This document shows, in pieces, positions 1-11,411 of a stretch of 64,000 bases of DNA. Position 1 is the stretch's first letter. Every line of letters starts with the position of its first letter. The DNA lies in IMG/VR virus record IMGVR_UViG_3300012000_000001, positions 64,001 through 128,000 of that record, one strand, 5' to 3'. Source of the stretch: a virus. The position numbers and the translations under genes were made by a program. The notes below the pieces were generated by a model. It saw only the letters and a program-made list of their open reading frames with translations. It was not told the origin of the DNA and did not search any database.

Positions 1-1
1 A

Positions 2-499
2 TATCAATTCAGAGTAGCCGCGCAAAACGGTATTGGTGTCGGAGATCCTTCAGACCCCTCTGCTGCTATGACACCCGGTTCACAAGTACCCAAACGGCCA
101 GACAACTTGGCAGCAAGCAGGGTGTTTGACGAAACACTATACTCTACTGTAACATTAACATGGGAAACTCCACAATTCGGATCGGCTGAGGTTTTGGGCT
201 ATGTTATCGAAGAATCCAGAGATGGAGGACTAACATGGCAATATTATAACCTTCCATCTGCATTGATTACCACAAGCTCTGAATTAATATCAGGTACTGA
301 ATCTGCTTTAGATTATGTTTATAGAGTTTCTGCATGGAATTCTTATGGACAAAGCGCTTTTGCTTATGTTTATGTTGAAAGCAATCTAATTGATGAGGTA
401 GATCCAGAGGAAGCAGCTAGAGAAGAAGAACGAGAAAATGATGTATTAAGCAATTGGGATTTCGGAACAGTATTATTCACAGGAGTATGTCCAATATGA
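2..499 (+). CDS. Fibronectin type III repeat protein, 5'-truncated by the window (probable virion protein)
   Basis: Frame is open from base 2: YQFRVAAQNGIGVGDPSDPS ends one FN3 repeat, followed by a full FN3 (LTWETP...YVIEESRDGGLTW...YVYRVSAWNSYGQS). The ATG at 68 is internal. Confidence 0.85.
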   Translation, partial: YQFRVAAQNGIGVGDPSDPSAAMTPGSQVPKRPDNLAASRVFDETLYSTVTLTWETPQFGSAEVLGYVIEESRDGGLTWQYYNLPSALITTSSELISGTESALDYVYRVSAWNSYGQSAFAYVYVESNLIDEVDPEEAAREEERENDVLSNWDFGTVLFTGVCPI

Positions 500-1065
500 G
501 TCTTCTACTATTTAAAAGAGATGAAACGGGATTAGGCCATCCAGCACCAGAGCAATTGACTGTTGGTGAAATCGTTATCAATAGCGTAACCGGAAAACTA
601 TATACCAAGCTAATAGATGGTTCTGTTGTTGAGTTTATAGGACAAAAAATTTGTTTTGATCCAGTTCCAGAAATCAATACATATTATGAGAATGTTTTAA
701 TAACTAATGATGTTGTATCTAATTTTTGTTGTTCTGGTGCTATACTAGAGTTTGAGATTAAAAAACTGAAACCCGAACCTACACCATATTCATTTAGACT
801 AATTGAATTGACTAATAATGCCAATCCGCAAGAGATAGAGATTCAGGATGCTCAGTTTTCTACTTACGAGGAGACCATTCCTCCAGTAGCTCCTAGCACA
901 ACACCAACAATTATACCTTATCGCAAGGCGATTGTACCGGTCAATCTTGCTATTTCTTTAAACACTACGAGCATTAGTTTGTTTAAATTTGCGGTATTAT
1001 CAGATCTCAACAGACCCGCACTAATTGAAAAAATTATAACTATTAAATGTCAAGAAGGTACTTAA
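496..1065 (+). CDS. Putative tail-fibre-associated protein with Mtd_N/hyaluronidase-like N-terminal motif and Cys-containing C-terminal module
   Basis: ATG at 496 overlaps the upstream TGA (ATGA). N-terminus LLFKRDETG...PEQLTVGEIVINSVTGKLY resembles the 'KRS...P..L..GE+AIN..DGKLY' head seen on phage fibres. Confidence 0.55.
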   Translation: MSLLLFKRDETGLGHPAPEQLTVGEIVINSVTGKLYTKLIDGSVVEFIGQKICFDPVPEINTYYENVLITNDVVSNFCCSGAILEFEIKKLKPEPTPYSFRLIELTNNANPQEIEIQDAQFSTYEETIPPVAPSTTPTIIPYRKAIVPVNLAISLNTTSISLFKFAVLSDLNRPALIEKIITIKCQEGT

Positions 1066-1077
1066 GGGTAATCTTTT

Positions 1078-1965
1078 ATGATAAACATGATTAATCATAG
1101 TCTAGAAGAAGGTGAGGCAGGTCTCTTATTGAGATTTAATGTTGACCAAACCCAACTCAAGAAGAGAGATCAATATATTATTCAGTTCGATTCGCCAGTA
1201 TCATTGCCCTATGATCCTCCTGTTTTTTTGGATTTTACGCCCAGTCCTCCTTCATACTCTTTGATTAACAACAGCAATATTGTTCCACAAATTTTTGTTA
1301 AAATTAAATCTCTACATAGGGCTGAGACAAAAACATTACTGCGTTTAATTATTAAAGACATATATAATACCATTTTATATATTGATTATCTATTAATTAT
1401 TTGCTCTCCGCAATCAACATTAAAATTTGATGGATCATTGCTGCCAACTAATTCATCAACTAATGTTGGAGACAACGGTGGTAGTTTAATCAGATTAACT
1501 CAACCTAATACCATAAGACTAGATGTGGGAATGTCAGTTGAAGGTCCAGGCTTGTCGGCTAGTGAAACATATTTAATAAGAGCCATAGTAACCAATGATA
1601 CTGTTGAGTTAAATAAACTAGTTCCTACATTTGATAATAGACAGCTTAATGGCACATTTACATTTACTAGAGTTACCGGATGTGTTGATCCTAGCACACT
1701 AGCACTTAGATCCACCCAGCCGACCTATACTATTTTAGACTACAATAATAATTGGACATATAAAGTTGGCAATAGAATTATTGCTCAATTTATTGTAGAA
1801 AATAAAAATGCTAATTTAGACACTATAGTATTGTTGCCAATTAAAAATGCGGCTTTATTGAACAATTCCGATACTTCCGCAGGCATTCCTAGTATTTCTA
1901 TCATAAAGGGCGGCGGAAGGGTAATGAATGATAGTCAGTGCTTATCAGAATTAGTTTTTAGTTGA
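1078..1965 (+). CDS. Hypothetical protein, beta-rich (probable virion protein)
   Basis: 295-aa ORF in a tightly packed + strand run; no recognisable family. Confidence 0.7.
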   Translation: MINMINHSLEEGEAGLLLRFNVDQTQLKKRDQYIIQFDSPVSLPYDPPVFLDFTPSPPSYSLINNSNIVPQIFVKIKSLHRAETKTLLRLIIKDIYNTILYIDYLLIICSPQSTLKFDGSLLPTNSSTNVGDNGGSLIRLTQPNTIRLDVGMSVEGPGLSASETYLIRAIVTNDTVELNKLVPTFDNRQLNGTFTFTRVTGCVDPSTLALRSTQPTYTILDYNNNWTYKVGNRIIAQFIVENKNANLDTIVLLPIKNAALLNNSDTSAGIPSISIIKGGGRVMNDSQCLSELVFS

Positions 1966-2020
1966 TTGATAAATAACGTGGTGTAATTAACTATGAGTTT
2001 CTTTATTTTGAGTAAACAAT

Positions 2021-3220
2021 ATGATTATAAATAGCCAATTTTTTATTACATACTATATCGGCACAGAGCCACTACCTCTGAAAACGATTCCTCCTTCTTT
2101 AGCGCCCAATAGTACTGGTCGTATAGAGTATGATAATTTTATGCAGGCTATCGATACTATATATGGTAGTCAAACTTTAGATGGTTCTATTCCTAAATTT
2201 TGGACTAGGCGTACACAAACCGTTGATCAGCTTGGCAACATTAAATATTTCTATGAGCCTCATCCAGATTCTACATTATCTCAGCTGGATAGTAAATCTT
2301 CATATTATTTTATAGTTAGAGACACCACAGCTATTCCGGTTAGAATTCCTGCTATTGGCGGACTCCTATTAGGATTTACAGACGCCAATAAGCTGCCCAA
2401 TGTACTACCAGAAACCATTCCCAATACTAAATTATCTACAGATAGTAAGTACTCCTTTTCTCCCAAAATCGAAAATCTTCAACCTTATGAAGAATATAAG
2501 TATGAATTTAAAACAGTCAATGCCAACTGGCCGGTTAGCATTAATTCGATTTCGGGTGTTATCAAGCCCTCAACTGGACAAGCCTCTATTGAAAGCAGTA
2601 TAGGGTTTTGTCCAAGCACAGGCAATTGCGACACCAATGTTATGCCTTTTACTTTACCAGAAGCCTGTACTTTATCAAGCTCTGACAATAAGAGCATTAC
2701 TATGCAGTTATCTGTTTCCCCATTATCATATAATGGAGCTGAGGTACTGAGTAATCAATTTACAATAGAGTGTGAAGACTGCTTACCAAAACCATTTATT
2801 GCTATATCAGGTAAATCTCCTGCGATAGTAGTAGAACCAACCAGTGACGATGCAGATCCTGCTTCGTATGGCTTTGAGTTAGTCACCCGTAATTTAGAGC
2901 TAGATAAAGAATATTCTTATAGGATAGAAGTGTTACGATCAGAGTGGCCATTTGTATTTACAACACCCACATCTGGCACTATTAATATTAAATCATCTAC
3001 TGATAAACCTCTATTAGATGGTCAGTTGTTTTTCTGCCCGGCTACAGGATTGTGTCCACCTAATCAAAATGGTGTTGCAAACTACACCGTACCATCATAT
3101 CCCAAGTTTTTAACTGGCGCTGCTGCCTACAATGTAACGCTTAGGGCTGTACTAGATTCTTCAGAATGTAACACAGAAACTGTGTATAGTTTACCCATCA
3201 CCATCTCATACAAAAATTAA
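2021..3220 (+). CDS. Cys-rich 'WP-module' protein (2 modules)
   Basis: Two copies of the L..Y.Y...WP....SG...FCPxTGxC...CxxC pattern (NWPVS, EWPFV). Confidence 0.8.
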   Translation: MIINSQFFITYYIGTEPLPLKTIPPSLAPNSTGRIEYDNFMQAIDTIYGSQTLDGSIPKFWTRRTQTVDQLGNIKYFYEPHPDSTLSQLDSKSSYYFIVRDTTAIPVRIPAIGGLLLGFTDANKLPNVLPETIPNTKLSTDSKYSFSPKIENLQPYEEYKYEFKTVNANWPVSINSISGVIKPSTGQASIESSIGFCPSTGNCDTNVMPFTLPEACTLSSSDNKSITMQLSVSPLSYNGAEVLSNQFTIECEDCLPKPFIAISGKSPAIVVEPTSDDADPASYGFELVTRNLELDKEYSYRIEVLRSEWPFVFTTPTSGTINIKSSTDKPLLDGQLFFCPATGLCPPNQNGVANYTVPSYPKFLTGAAAYNVTLRAVLDSSECNTETVYSLPITISYKN

Positions 3221-6200
3221 ACTATGAATACAGATAATACAAATAACGACATCAGACTTGTAGGTTTAGCCAGTACAGATACTGGTTCAGACACCAGCAC
3301 AACCACTAATAATACTTCTAGTCATATAAGCGACATCTCTTTATCAATTAAAGGACTTATTAAGAGACTAGAATACAAATATGAAGTAGAGGGGCTTGGA
3401 GGCAATTGGCCTGTAGCCATAGTTCCCAACTCGGGCTCTTTTATTGCTCAATCAAAAACTGCCAATATTTATCTTAAAGCTATTTTTTGTCCAAATATGA
3501 CTTTATGTCCATCGGGCAGTGCGGATGTATTACCGTATAATCGTAATTATAGTTACGGCGTTGAAGATAAATTGCTTTTCACAACTCTTAGATTAAAAGT
3601 ATCTGAAATAGATTCTAATAGTGATTTTATTTACAGCGCCGCTACAGGACTGTCTTGTATTAATTGTTTACCCGAAGTAGGACCTAAAATAACTTTACCA
3701 AATAGTATTGTACTAGATTCTGAAACAAAGAATAGTATCACTATTAGTGGAATGGCTAGCGGTATGTTTCCAGAAACAAGATATTCATATAGGTTCAAGG
3801 TATTAGATGCAACATGGCCAGTTGAACTATATCCCCTAAGTGGAACCGTTAAGGGGTCAGATGATACTTTTGCCGTTCCAACACAATTAGTTTTTTGTGA
3901 ATCTGCTGGAAATTATGATACAGAAATGTGTGGTGTTGACAAAGACAAAAGAGCCACAATAAGCCTAGAGTTAACACCTGTGGCAGAAGGTACTGAAACA
4001 GTATCTATACTAAGCATTAATGAGGATACAGTAATTAGCAATGATATGTTTGCAGAATGTAATGATTGCGTTCCTGTGCCCAAATTAGAACTAAACGTTA
4101 CACCTTCTTTAACCATCACTAAAGCTAATCGCATATCTATTGTTGGTAATATTATTAATCTTAATCCCGGTCGTACATATCATTATAGCTTAGACAATAT
4201 TGATTCAAATTGGCCGCTATATGTAGGTAATAGATCCGGAGTAATTACTACAGACTCTACCGATTATACCCTAAATTTTGTCGGAGAATTTTGTCAAGCA
4301 GTTTCATTATGCCCGTCAGGATCTTCTGCCGTAATACCGTACTCGACCGTAGTCAGTCATACAAATGCATATACATCATCATCATTTAAACTAAAACTAG
4401 TTGACCCGGCTGTGACAGGCACTTATTATAGCAATAACATTAGGGTGTACTGTAGTGATTGTTCACAGAATTTTATGCCGGTTGTGGTGTCGTCTCAGGT
4501 ATCAGATAACCCCTCTTGTTAAATAAGGTATATAAATGTCAAATGTCAAAACTATCGGAATTAAAGTAAGTGGATTAAGTCCATTAGACACATATAATTA
4601 TACATTTACAAACAAAGGTGGGAATTGGCCCGTTAAGGTATATCCCCTATCTGGTACTTTCCAACCTAATTCACTAAATAATGTTTACGAAATTAAGTCA
4701 TATGTAGAGTTTTGTGCAACCACTGGTTTGTGTCCATCTGGTTCGCCTAATGTGCTATATAATGCCCCATATATAGATAGCAATGCAGGCGCCTCCGTAG
4801 ATAGAACTAGCCTCTATTCTATACTCGGATTGTCTGTAAATTCTGTTGCTACAGACGCAAATGTTTTAGACACTCAAACCCTTATAGAGTGCGGAAATTG
4901 CTTACCAAATATAACCCTTACTGCTGAAGAAAACATAGCGTTAGATGAAAATACTTTAAATAGTCAACAGATTGTCACATCTGTTAATGGACTAGTCCCA
5001 AATCAATTATATACATATGTATTTAGTGCTATTGATAGTAATTGGCCCGTTAAGGTTACTCCAGTATCAGGACAAATTCGTTCCTCATCGGATTCGGCCA
5101 ATATCAAAAGCTTAATCACGCTATGTGCAAATGAAAATGATTGTGTTAATGGTTTAGATTTTACTGGTACTCAAAATTGTGATGCTGGACAAAGCCCCTT
5201 CGCCGCTGTTAAATTAACAGTATCGCCAGCAAATAGTAATCTGCAATCACCAGTATCTACAGACCTTACTATCACATGTGATCATTGTATTCCCAAGCTG
5301 TTACTAACACTACCTTCTACTATCCAATTAGACAGAATAACTAAGAACAAGACATCACTCAATCTTGTTGCTTCCAATCTAAAGGTCGGTAAACAATATA
5401 TTTATCGTATTAATAGCGTAGATGCTAATTGGCCAGCCATTGTCACTCCTGTTAGCGGTAGATTAACTGCTAATTATGAAACAATGAACATTCCAATGAA
5501 GGTGACACTATGTCCTTCTACTGGACTATGTCCATCTAATAGCAGTGACGTTATTGACTATTCAATCGACGACAAGTGTTTAGTAGACTATTCTAACGTA
5601 GAAAGATTTGTAAGATTTAATGCAGAGATAACCGGTGATGATTGTTCCGGTTCTTTAGATAAGGTCTATAGTAATGATTTAACAGTTTCTTGCCTAGATT
5701 GCCTACCTAGAGTAAAAGCATCAATACCAAACATGATGCTATTGTCATCAGATTCGCTCAACGTTAATACTTTTAGTGCCGAATTAACGGATATGGTTCC
5801 TGGACAGAAATATGAATATTTATTTAAAACCAATGACAGTAATTGGCCTACTCTTATTTATCCCATTACAGGCATTATTAGTTCAGATAGCTCTACCACA
5901 ACAATACCAGCCCGTGTAACATTTTGCAGATCAACGGGGCTTTGTGAGAACGCAGATAATCTATTAGACTATACTTACAGTAGTAGTAGTTTATATACAG
6001 AAGGTCTGGAAAGATATTCATCTGTTGTTTTAGAGGTCAAGCCTGTTGATTGTTCCTATATTAGTCCCACTACTAGCAACGCTATGCTTGTTAGATGTGA
6101 TGATTGCTTACCAACACCATCTTTGGCACACTCGTCCAATGCATTTACTTTATCTTCGCCCGGAGTAAATCGCTATCAATTGTCAACATCTGCTCAAAAT

Positions 6201-6520
6201 TTAATTCCTGGTGAAACATACTCATACTCACTGAATTATGTTGACAGTAATTGGCCAACAATAGTATCCAAACAGTCTGGACAATTCGTTGCTGTTGGTT
6301 CATCTAAAAATATTGTTACTGAATTACAGTTTTGTTTCCCTAGTGGCTCTTGTGCTATTAATACCACTGACGTAATGCCATATCGAGTTAGTCCTATTAC
6401 TAGCAATACTAATAAGTACACAACTATTAACTTATCTATTGTAGATAATACAAGTGCGACAGCACCAACTATAAGTGACGACTTCACACTAACTTGCGCC
6501 AATTGTTTGCCAAATGTCAA
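2480..6520 (+). repeat. Dispersed ~135-aa protein module repeated ten times across three genes
   Basis: WP motifs at ~2525, 2944, 3404, 3812, 4208, 4623, 5040, 5427, 5841, 6249. The copies at 4623 and 5040 share AATTGGCCCGTTAAGGT at DNA level. Confidence 0.85.
3224..4522 (+). CDS. Cys-rich 'WP-module' protein (3 modules)
   Basis: GNWPV, ATWPV, SNWPL, each followed by SG, FC..C and CxxC. Confidence 0.8.
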   Translation: MNTDNTNNDIRLVGLASTDTGSDTSTTTNNTSSHISDISLSIKGLIKRLEYKYEVEGLGGNWPVAIVPNSGSFIAQSKTANIYLKAIFCPNMTLCPSGSADVLPYNRNYSYGVEDKLLFTTLRLKVSEIDSNSDFIYSAATGLSCINCLPEVGPKITLPNSIVLDSETKNSITISGMASGMFPETRYSYRFKVLDATWPVELYPLSGTVKGSDDTFAVPTQLVFCESAGNYDTEMCGVDKDKRATISLELTPVAEGTETVSILSINEDTVISNDMFAECNDCVPVPKLELNVTPSLTITKANRISIVGNIINLNPGRTYHYSLDNIDSNWPLYVGNRSGVITTDSTDYTLNFVGEFCQAVSLCPSGSSAVIPYSTVVSHTNAYTSSSFKLKLVDPAVTGTYYSNNIRVYCSDCSQNFMPVVVSSQVSDNPSC

Positions 6521-6851
6521 TTACTCTGTACTATTCTCTGGAGGACCAACTATGGTGCTTCCAACCAATTGCTGCTCAGGTAATCAGGTTGTTAGAGTTA
6601 ATATTTCTGGAGCTATTCCTGGAGATGCACATACTTATGAATTAACCTCATCATCTCCTAATGTTTCATTTATGCCCAATAGTGGTCAAGTTATATTCAA
6701 ACAAGGTGGAGTTGGTACTATCGTAAGTATGATGAGTACCGCTTTGAGCACCGAAGAATCTGCAATAGCTCAATGTAAGCTAACAAACGTTAGTTCTAAT
6801 ATTGAAGCCGTAGATTTCTTGGTGATCAAATGTGGCGCCAATGCCTGTTAA
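4536..6851 (+). CDS. Cys-rich 'WP-module' protein (5 modules plus divergent terminal module)
   Basis: Five NWP modules about 400-420 nt apart, each ending CxxC(L/I)P. Confidence 0.85.
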   Translation: MSNVKTIGIKVSGLSPLDTYNYTFTNKGGNWPVKVYPLSGTFQPNSLNNVYEIKSYVEFCATTGLCPSGSPNVLYNAPYIDSNAGASVDRTSLYSILGLSVNSVATDANVLDTQTLIECGNCLPNITLTAEENIALDENTLNSQQIVTSVNGLVPNQLYTYVFSAIDSNWPVKVTPVSGQIRSSSDSANIKSLITLCANENDCVNGLDFTGTQNCDAGQSPFAAVKLTVSPANSNLQSPVSTDLTITCDHCIPKLLLTLPSTIQLDRITKNKTSLNLVASNLKVGKQYIYRINSVDANWPAIVTPVSGRLTANYETMNIPMKVTLCPSTGLCPSNSSDVIDYSIDDKCLVDYSNVERFVRFNAEITGDDCSGSLDKVYSNDLTVSCLDCLPRVKASIPNMMLLSSDSLNVNTFSAELTDMVPGQKYEYLFKTNDSNWPTLIYPITGIISSDSSTTTIPARVTFCRSTGLCENADNLLDYTYSSSSLYTEGLERYSSVVLEVKPVDCSYISPTTSNAMLVRCDDCLPTPSLAHSSNAFTLSSPGVNRYQLSTSAQNLIPGETYSYSLNYVDSNWPTIVSKQSGQFVAVGSSKNIVTELQFCFPSGSCAINTTDVMPYRVSPITSNTNKYTTINLSIVDNTSATAPTISDDFTLTCANCLPNVNYSVLFSGGPTMVLPTNCCSGNQVVRVNISGAIPGDAHTYELTSSSPNVSFMPNSGQVIFKQGGVGTIVSMMSTALSTEESAIAQCKLTNVSSNIEAVDFLVIKCGANAC

Positions 6852-6874
6852 TTTTATAAAAAGAGGATTTGATA

Positions 6875-9800
6875 ATGCTAGATATTATAGGATTAAATAC
6901 AGCCAATTATAATAACTGTGTAGAGTGGAGATATATTCCTGGCGACGTTACAACAGTAGGTTATAATGGTGGTCCTAGTGCATATAACACTTATGATCAG
7001 TGTGGGAATGTATGGGAATGGACAGAAGAACTAGACACAATTTCTATTGGAATAGATAATTTTTATTATCGAAGAATTAGAGGCGGTTCGTTTAGAGACT
7101 CCGCTGAACAACTCAGATCATCTTATGTTCATTCTAGATATGTGCCCGGTCAACCAGAACCAGATAATGGCTTAGTCATTAAAGACGATATAGGTTTTAG
7201 AATAGCTTCTAGCGGTAATCCACTATCTTTACCTAATTTTACTACAGTATCTGATGTGGGAAATGCATCTTTAGTTCTAACTGGAACATATGCTGGATCC
7301 TATGGTTCTGTTAACTATGAATATCGTATTGGTCAACTTCTAGTTACTAACGATGATTATGTATCGTTTCTGAATAGTGTTGACCCGAATGGCTTGAGGC
7401 GTCAAAGAACATCCACCTTTAATGCGTCTGGCGAAGCAACAGTTAATAACCAAAATATATTATATCATTTTTTTATGTCCTCTAATGATAGAGGAGGTAT
7501 ATTATATAATAGTGCAGAAGCATCTGGCAGCAGGTATTCGTCAAAACCCAATGCCGGTAGTAAACCAGTAAATTTTATTACTTGGTATATGGCCGCAAGT
7601 TATTGCAACTGGTTGCACAATAGGGTCTCGGACCCAACGTCAACCGTTACTAATACTGGTGCCTATGATTTGTCTTTAGATGATCATTTAATTGTGCGTA
7701 ATGCAAATAGCTATTATAGTCTTCCTTCTGATAATGAATGGGTAAAAGCAGCATATTATAAGGGTGGTTCTCTTAATGCGGGATACTGGACATATGCAAC
7801 AAGATCAAACACTGAGCCAGCTTGTATAGATATTGATGAGAATGGTATTGGTCCATGGCAGATGTCCAAAGACTATGTGGATATTTCATTGGACAATTTA
7901 ACTGTAGGCCATGCCTATACTGTTTCGTTTTCTATTTCTAAAACCTCTCCATATAGTGTAACATTAGATAAGAACTCCTATTCTTTCGTAGCGTCATCAG
8001 TATCTGAAATAGTCACTATTTGTGTTACTAAGCATATCATAGTTGATTTTTGTATTATTACATCTTCATTAAATAACAATACTACCAATACTCTAGAATT
8101 TGTACAACCAACCGTTATCCAATGCGCTTCGCGTTCAGCTTGTAAGTTAACTCGCACGCCAACTCCTACCAAAACAGTTACACCTACACCTGGGGCTAGT
8201 AGCACGCCCACTCCAACAGTAACAGTTACGCCGTCTATTACTCCAACAAAAACCGTCACTCCTACTGTTACACCCACTATTACTGCCACATCCACAAGAA
8301 CTCCGACACCAACACGCACAGAAACACCAACTGTTACTCCTACGACTACAGTAACACCAACTATAACTCCAACAAATACTGTAACACCAACAGTAACTCC
8401 AACAGTAACAGCTACACCAACAGTTACGCCTACTATCACACCAACCACAACTGTTTCGCCAACTGTAACCCAAACTCCAGGTGCTTCTAGTTCTCCAACA
8501 CCCACCGTAACAGCTACGCCAACCAAAACCCCAACAAATACTCCTACAAGAACAGTAACGCCTACTGTTACTCCCACGAGAACAGTAACTCCTACGAACA
8601 CTGTTACGCCAACTAACACAGTAACGCCTACTCGCACAGCCACAGTGACACCAAGTGTTACGGTCACTAAAACAGCCACCCCCACCGTCACGCCGTCAAG
8701 ACCAAACGTTTTTACTAGCACTTGGAATACATCAAATACTGGCGTTAGTGATATTAATCAAATTAAACTTCCTTTAATTTTTAATGGTACTTATAACTTT
8801 AATGTAAATTGGGGTGATGGTACTTCTGATACAATAACCGCTTGGGATCAGTCGGCAACAACACATACTTATTCTCTAGCCAATATTGCTGGTCCATTCG
8901 TTTCTAGTAGAACTGCCGGTATAGCTTATGGTAATGGTATATTTGTTAGCGTGCCTACAAGCACTGATACTATAGCAACAAGCGTTAATGGAACATCATG
9001 GACCCTCACGGCTCCTGTTGGACTCTCAGCTTTCTCTAGCGTGGTATATGGTAATGGTAGATTTGTTGCTGTTTCAGACAATGTTACCAGTGTTGCAGTT
9101 ACTAGTACAGACGGCATTGCATGGACTAAAGTATATTTAGCCAACTTAAAATCTTGGAGAGGTTCAGCTTATGGTAATGGTAGGTTCGTAATTGTGTCAG
9201 ATAATATTGCAGTTAATGTTAGTACAGACGGTGTATCTTGGACTGCTGCTGTTTTACCATCAAATATTAACCCTCGCAGGATTACATATGCTAATGGTCT
9301 CTTTATTGTCGTTGGAGGTACTACTACTACGTACTTTACTTCTCCCGACGGTCAGGTGTGGACTGCAAGAGCCCTGCCAGCATCTAATCAATATGTAGGA
9401 ATATCTTATGGCAACGGCCTGTTTGTCGCCTTGCCGGGTACGAATAGATATAGCAGTTCTCTAGTCAGTACTAACATTGTCTATATCAGTCCGGATGGCA
9501 TTAACTGGACTGCTAGATCTTTACCAGTGGGTTCTATATATTCCAATGTTTTTTATGCCGATGAGTTATTTATTATAACTCCCTATAACACTAGTACGGC
9601 TTTGGTGAGTAGTGATGGTATTAATTGGAATCCTTTTAAATTACCTGCAATTACTCTCTGGTCAGAAGTAGCATATGGTAATAATACTTGGGTTATAACC
9701 TCACCATCTTTAACTTCCATAGCTTTAGGATCTACTGCCACGATTAATCCTATAAAAACTATAAGAATCTCTGGAACTATACAGGGGTGGGAATTTAATA

Positions 9801-11410
9801 ATAGTGGAGACCGACTAAAGATTACTAATATTAGTAATTGGGGTCCACTAAATATGAATGTTGCTAATAGCGCTAGAAATTTTGCTGGTTGTGCCTATCT
9901 GGACATATCCTCTGTTGGAACTCCCGTTATGCCAACAAATTGTAGCGGTATGTTTGAGGGTTGTGCTAGTCTTGTTGGTATTGGTATCAATGGTTTCAAT
10001 ATGTCTAGCGTAACAAATACATCGTACATGCTCGCTTCTTGCCCCAACTTTAATGCTCCAATTAATAATTGGAATACTAGTTTAGTGACTAATATGTCTG
10101 GCATGTTCTTTGGGGCTACCAGGTTTAATCAGCCGATAGGTTTGTGGAACACTGGTTCGGTAACCAACATGAGCAGTATGTTTAACGGAGCCGCAGCTTT
10201 TAATCAGTCTCTAAATACTTGGAATACTAGTTCTGTAACTAATATGGCCAGCATGTTTTCTGGAGCCTCTGTTTATAATCAAAGTATGAGTAATTGGAAT
10301 ACTGGTGCTGTAACTAATATGAATTCAATGTTCTTTGAAGCATTGGCTTTCAATCAAGATATTAGTATGTGGAATATTGGTTTAGTTACTAGTATGTCAG
10401 ACATGTTAAGATTTACATCTTATAGTCAGGCTAACTACCACGCACTTTTAATTGCTTGGGGAGACCCGACCCGAACAGTTCAAAACAATGTAACCTTTGC
10501 AATAGATCAAGAATTTTTATCTACGAATGCCACAGCCGTTACTAGAAGACTATACTTAATTAATACTAAAAACTGGAATATTATTGATTATGGTAATGAA
10601 ACTAGTATGGTTTTCGTTTGGAGGTATCAGTCTATTTGGTTCCCCATCAATAGATATTCGGCGAATGAGATATTTGAAATCTTCCAAGTCGCATCAGACG
10701 CTGTTGTAGAAGTTAACTGGGGTAATGGTCAAAATTTTGTTTATACCGGATCAAGCAGACTTAGTGGTGTTCAGTCTCCTACTGGTTTAGTGAATAATAC
10801 AGACTATACTATAAGAGTGACTAGAAGAAGCGGAAGTAGCGATATTCGTTTTAGGGTTGGTTCATACTATTACTATGGATTTTCTGTGCCTAGCGCATAC
10901 ACCCCATTCCAAAGCGGTTTACAAAGAGTGGTTAGGTTTGGAACTAATATTATCTTAGGTTCTGGCGGGGCTCACTTTTACTTTTGTAGGAATTTAACAA
11001 GATTGTCAGCAACAGATGGTCCAAAAATGCCATTAGATAATAATTTAAACAATTGTTTTCTAAATTGCTTTGTTTTTACTGGAGATGGACTATCCTACTG
11101 GAATACCAGTAATATTACCACTATGGAATCTTTATTTAGCAGCAATGATGGTTTGACATTTGACTTAAGAAATTTGAATTTTAGTAAAGCAACAAATATG
11201 ACTAATATGTTAAGTGGAGCTTATAGGTTTAATACAAATAAAACAGCATTATATAGTAATTTATTAATTTACTTAAACGACAATACGACTACTACTGCTG
11301 TGCCTTTAGGAGCAGCTGGATTAACCTATTTTAATCAGGCCAGCGTTATTTCTGCTAGAAACGGATTATTAGCTAGGGGATGGACCATAACCGATTCAGG
11401 AGCAGTTTAG
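6875..11410 (+). CDS. Large modular adhesin/tail-fibre-like protein: permuted FGE-sulfatase domain, T/P stalk, PKD-like domain with inserted beta-propeller, BspA/DUF285 repeats
   Basis: [30 protein letters not shown] (FGE); TPT repeats; VNWGDG/THTY (PKD-like); 7x YGNG.FV/S.DG..W blades; FNQ...WNT.SVTNM.SMF 25-aa repeats. Start is ATG 6875 (or TTG 6869) after AGAGG. Confidence 0.85.
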   Translation: MLDIIGLNTANYNNCVEWRYIPGDVTTVGYNGGPSAYNTYDQCGNVWEWTEELDTISIGIDNFYYRRIRGGSFRDSAEQLRSSYVHSRYVPGQPEPDNGLVIKDDIGFRIASSGNPLSLPNFTTVSDVGNASLVLTGTYAGSYGSVNYEYRIGQLLVTNDDYVSFLNSVDPNGLRRQRTSTFNASGEATVNNQNILYHFFMSSNDRGGILYNSAEASGSRYSSKPNAGSKPVNFITWYMAASYCNWLHNRVSDPTSTVTNTGAYDLSLDDHLIVRNANSYYSLPSDNEWVKAAYYKGGSLNAGYWTYATRSNTEPACIDIDENGIGPWQMSKDYVDISLDNLTVGHAYTVSFSISKTSPYSVTLDKNSYSFVASSVSEIVTICVTKHIIVDFCIITSSLNNNTTNTLEFVQPTVIQCASRSACKLTRTPTPTKTVTPTPGASSTPTPTVTVTPSITPTKTVTPTVTPTITATSTRTPTPTRTETPTVTPTTTVTPTITPTNTVTPTVTPTVTATPTVTPTITPTTTVSPTVTQTPGASSSPTPTVTATPTKTPTNTPTRTVTPTVTPTRTVTPTNTVTPTNTVTPTRTATVTPSVTVTKTATPTVTPSRPNVFTSTWNTSNTGVSDINQIKLPLIFNGTYNFNVNWGDGTSDTITAWDQSATTHTYSLANIAGPFVSSRTAGIAYGNGIFVSVPTSTDTIATSVNGTSWTLTAPVGLSAFSSVVYGNGRFVAVSDNVTSVAVTSTDGIAWTKVYLANLKSWRGSAYGNGRFVIVSDNIAVNVSTDGVSWTAAVLPSNINPRRITYANGLFIVVGGTTTTYFTSPDGQVWTARALPASNQYVGISYGNGLFVALPGTNRYSSSLVSTNIVYISPDGINWTARSLPVGSIYSNVFYADELFIITPYNTSTALVSSDGINWNPFKLPAITLWSEVAYGNNTWVITSPSLTSIALGSTATINPIKTIRISGTIQGWEFNNSGDRLKITNISNWGPLNMNVANSARNFAGCAYLDISSVGTPVMPTNCSGMFEGCASLVGIGINGFNMSSVTNTSYMLASCPNFNAPINNWNTSLVTNMSGMFFGATRFNQPIGLWNTGSVTNMSSMFNGAAAFNQSLNTWNTSSVTNMASMFSGASVYNQSMSNWNTGAVTNMNSMFFEALAFNQDISMWNIGLVTSMSDMLRFTSYSQANYHALLIAWGDPTRTVQNNVTFAIDQEFLSTNATAVTRRLYLINTKNWNIIDYGNETSMVFVWRYQSIWFPINRYSANEIFEIFQVASDAVVEVNWGNGQNFVYTGSSRLSGVQSPTGLVNNTDYTIRVTRRSGSSDIRFRVGSYYYYGFSVPSAYTPFQSGLQRVVRFGTNIILGSGGAHFYFCRNLTRLSATDGPKMPLDNNLNNCFLNCFVFTGDGLSYWNTSNITTMESLFSSNDGLTFDLRNLNFSKATNMTNMLSGAYRFNTNKTALYSNLLIYLNDNTTTTAVPLGAAGLTYFNQASVISARNGLLARGWTITDSGAV
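8150..8700 (+). repeat. Thr/Pro-rich low-complexity stalk (TPTVTPT-type)
   Basis: About 180 codons of T/P/V/S repeats with diverse codons. Confidence 0.95.
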
Positions 11411-11411
11411 T

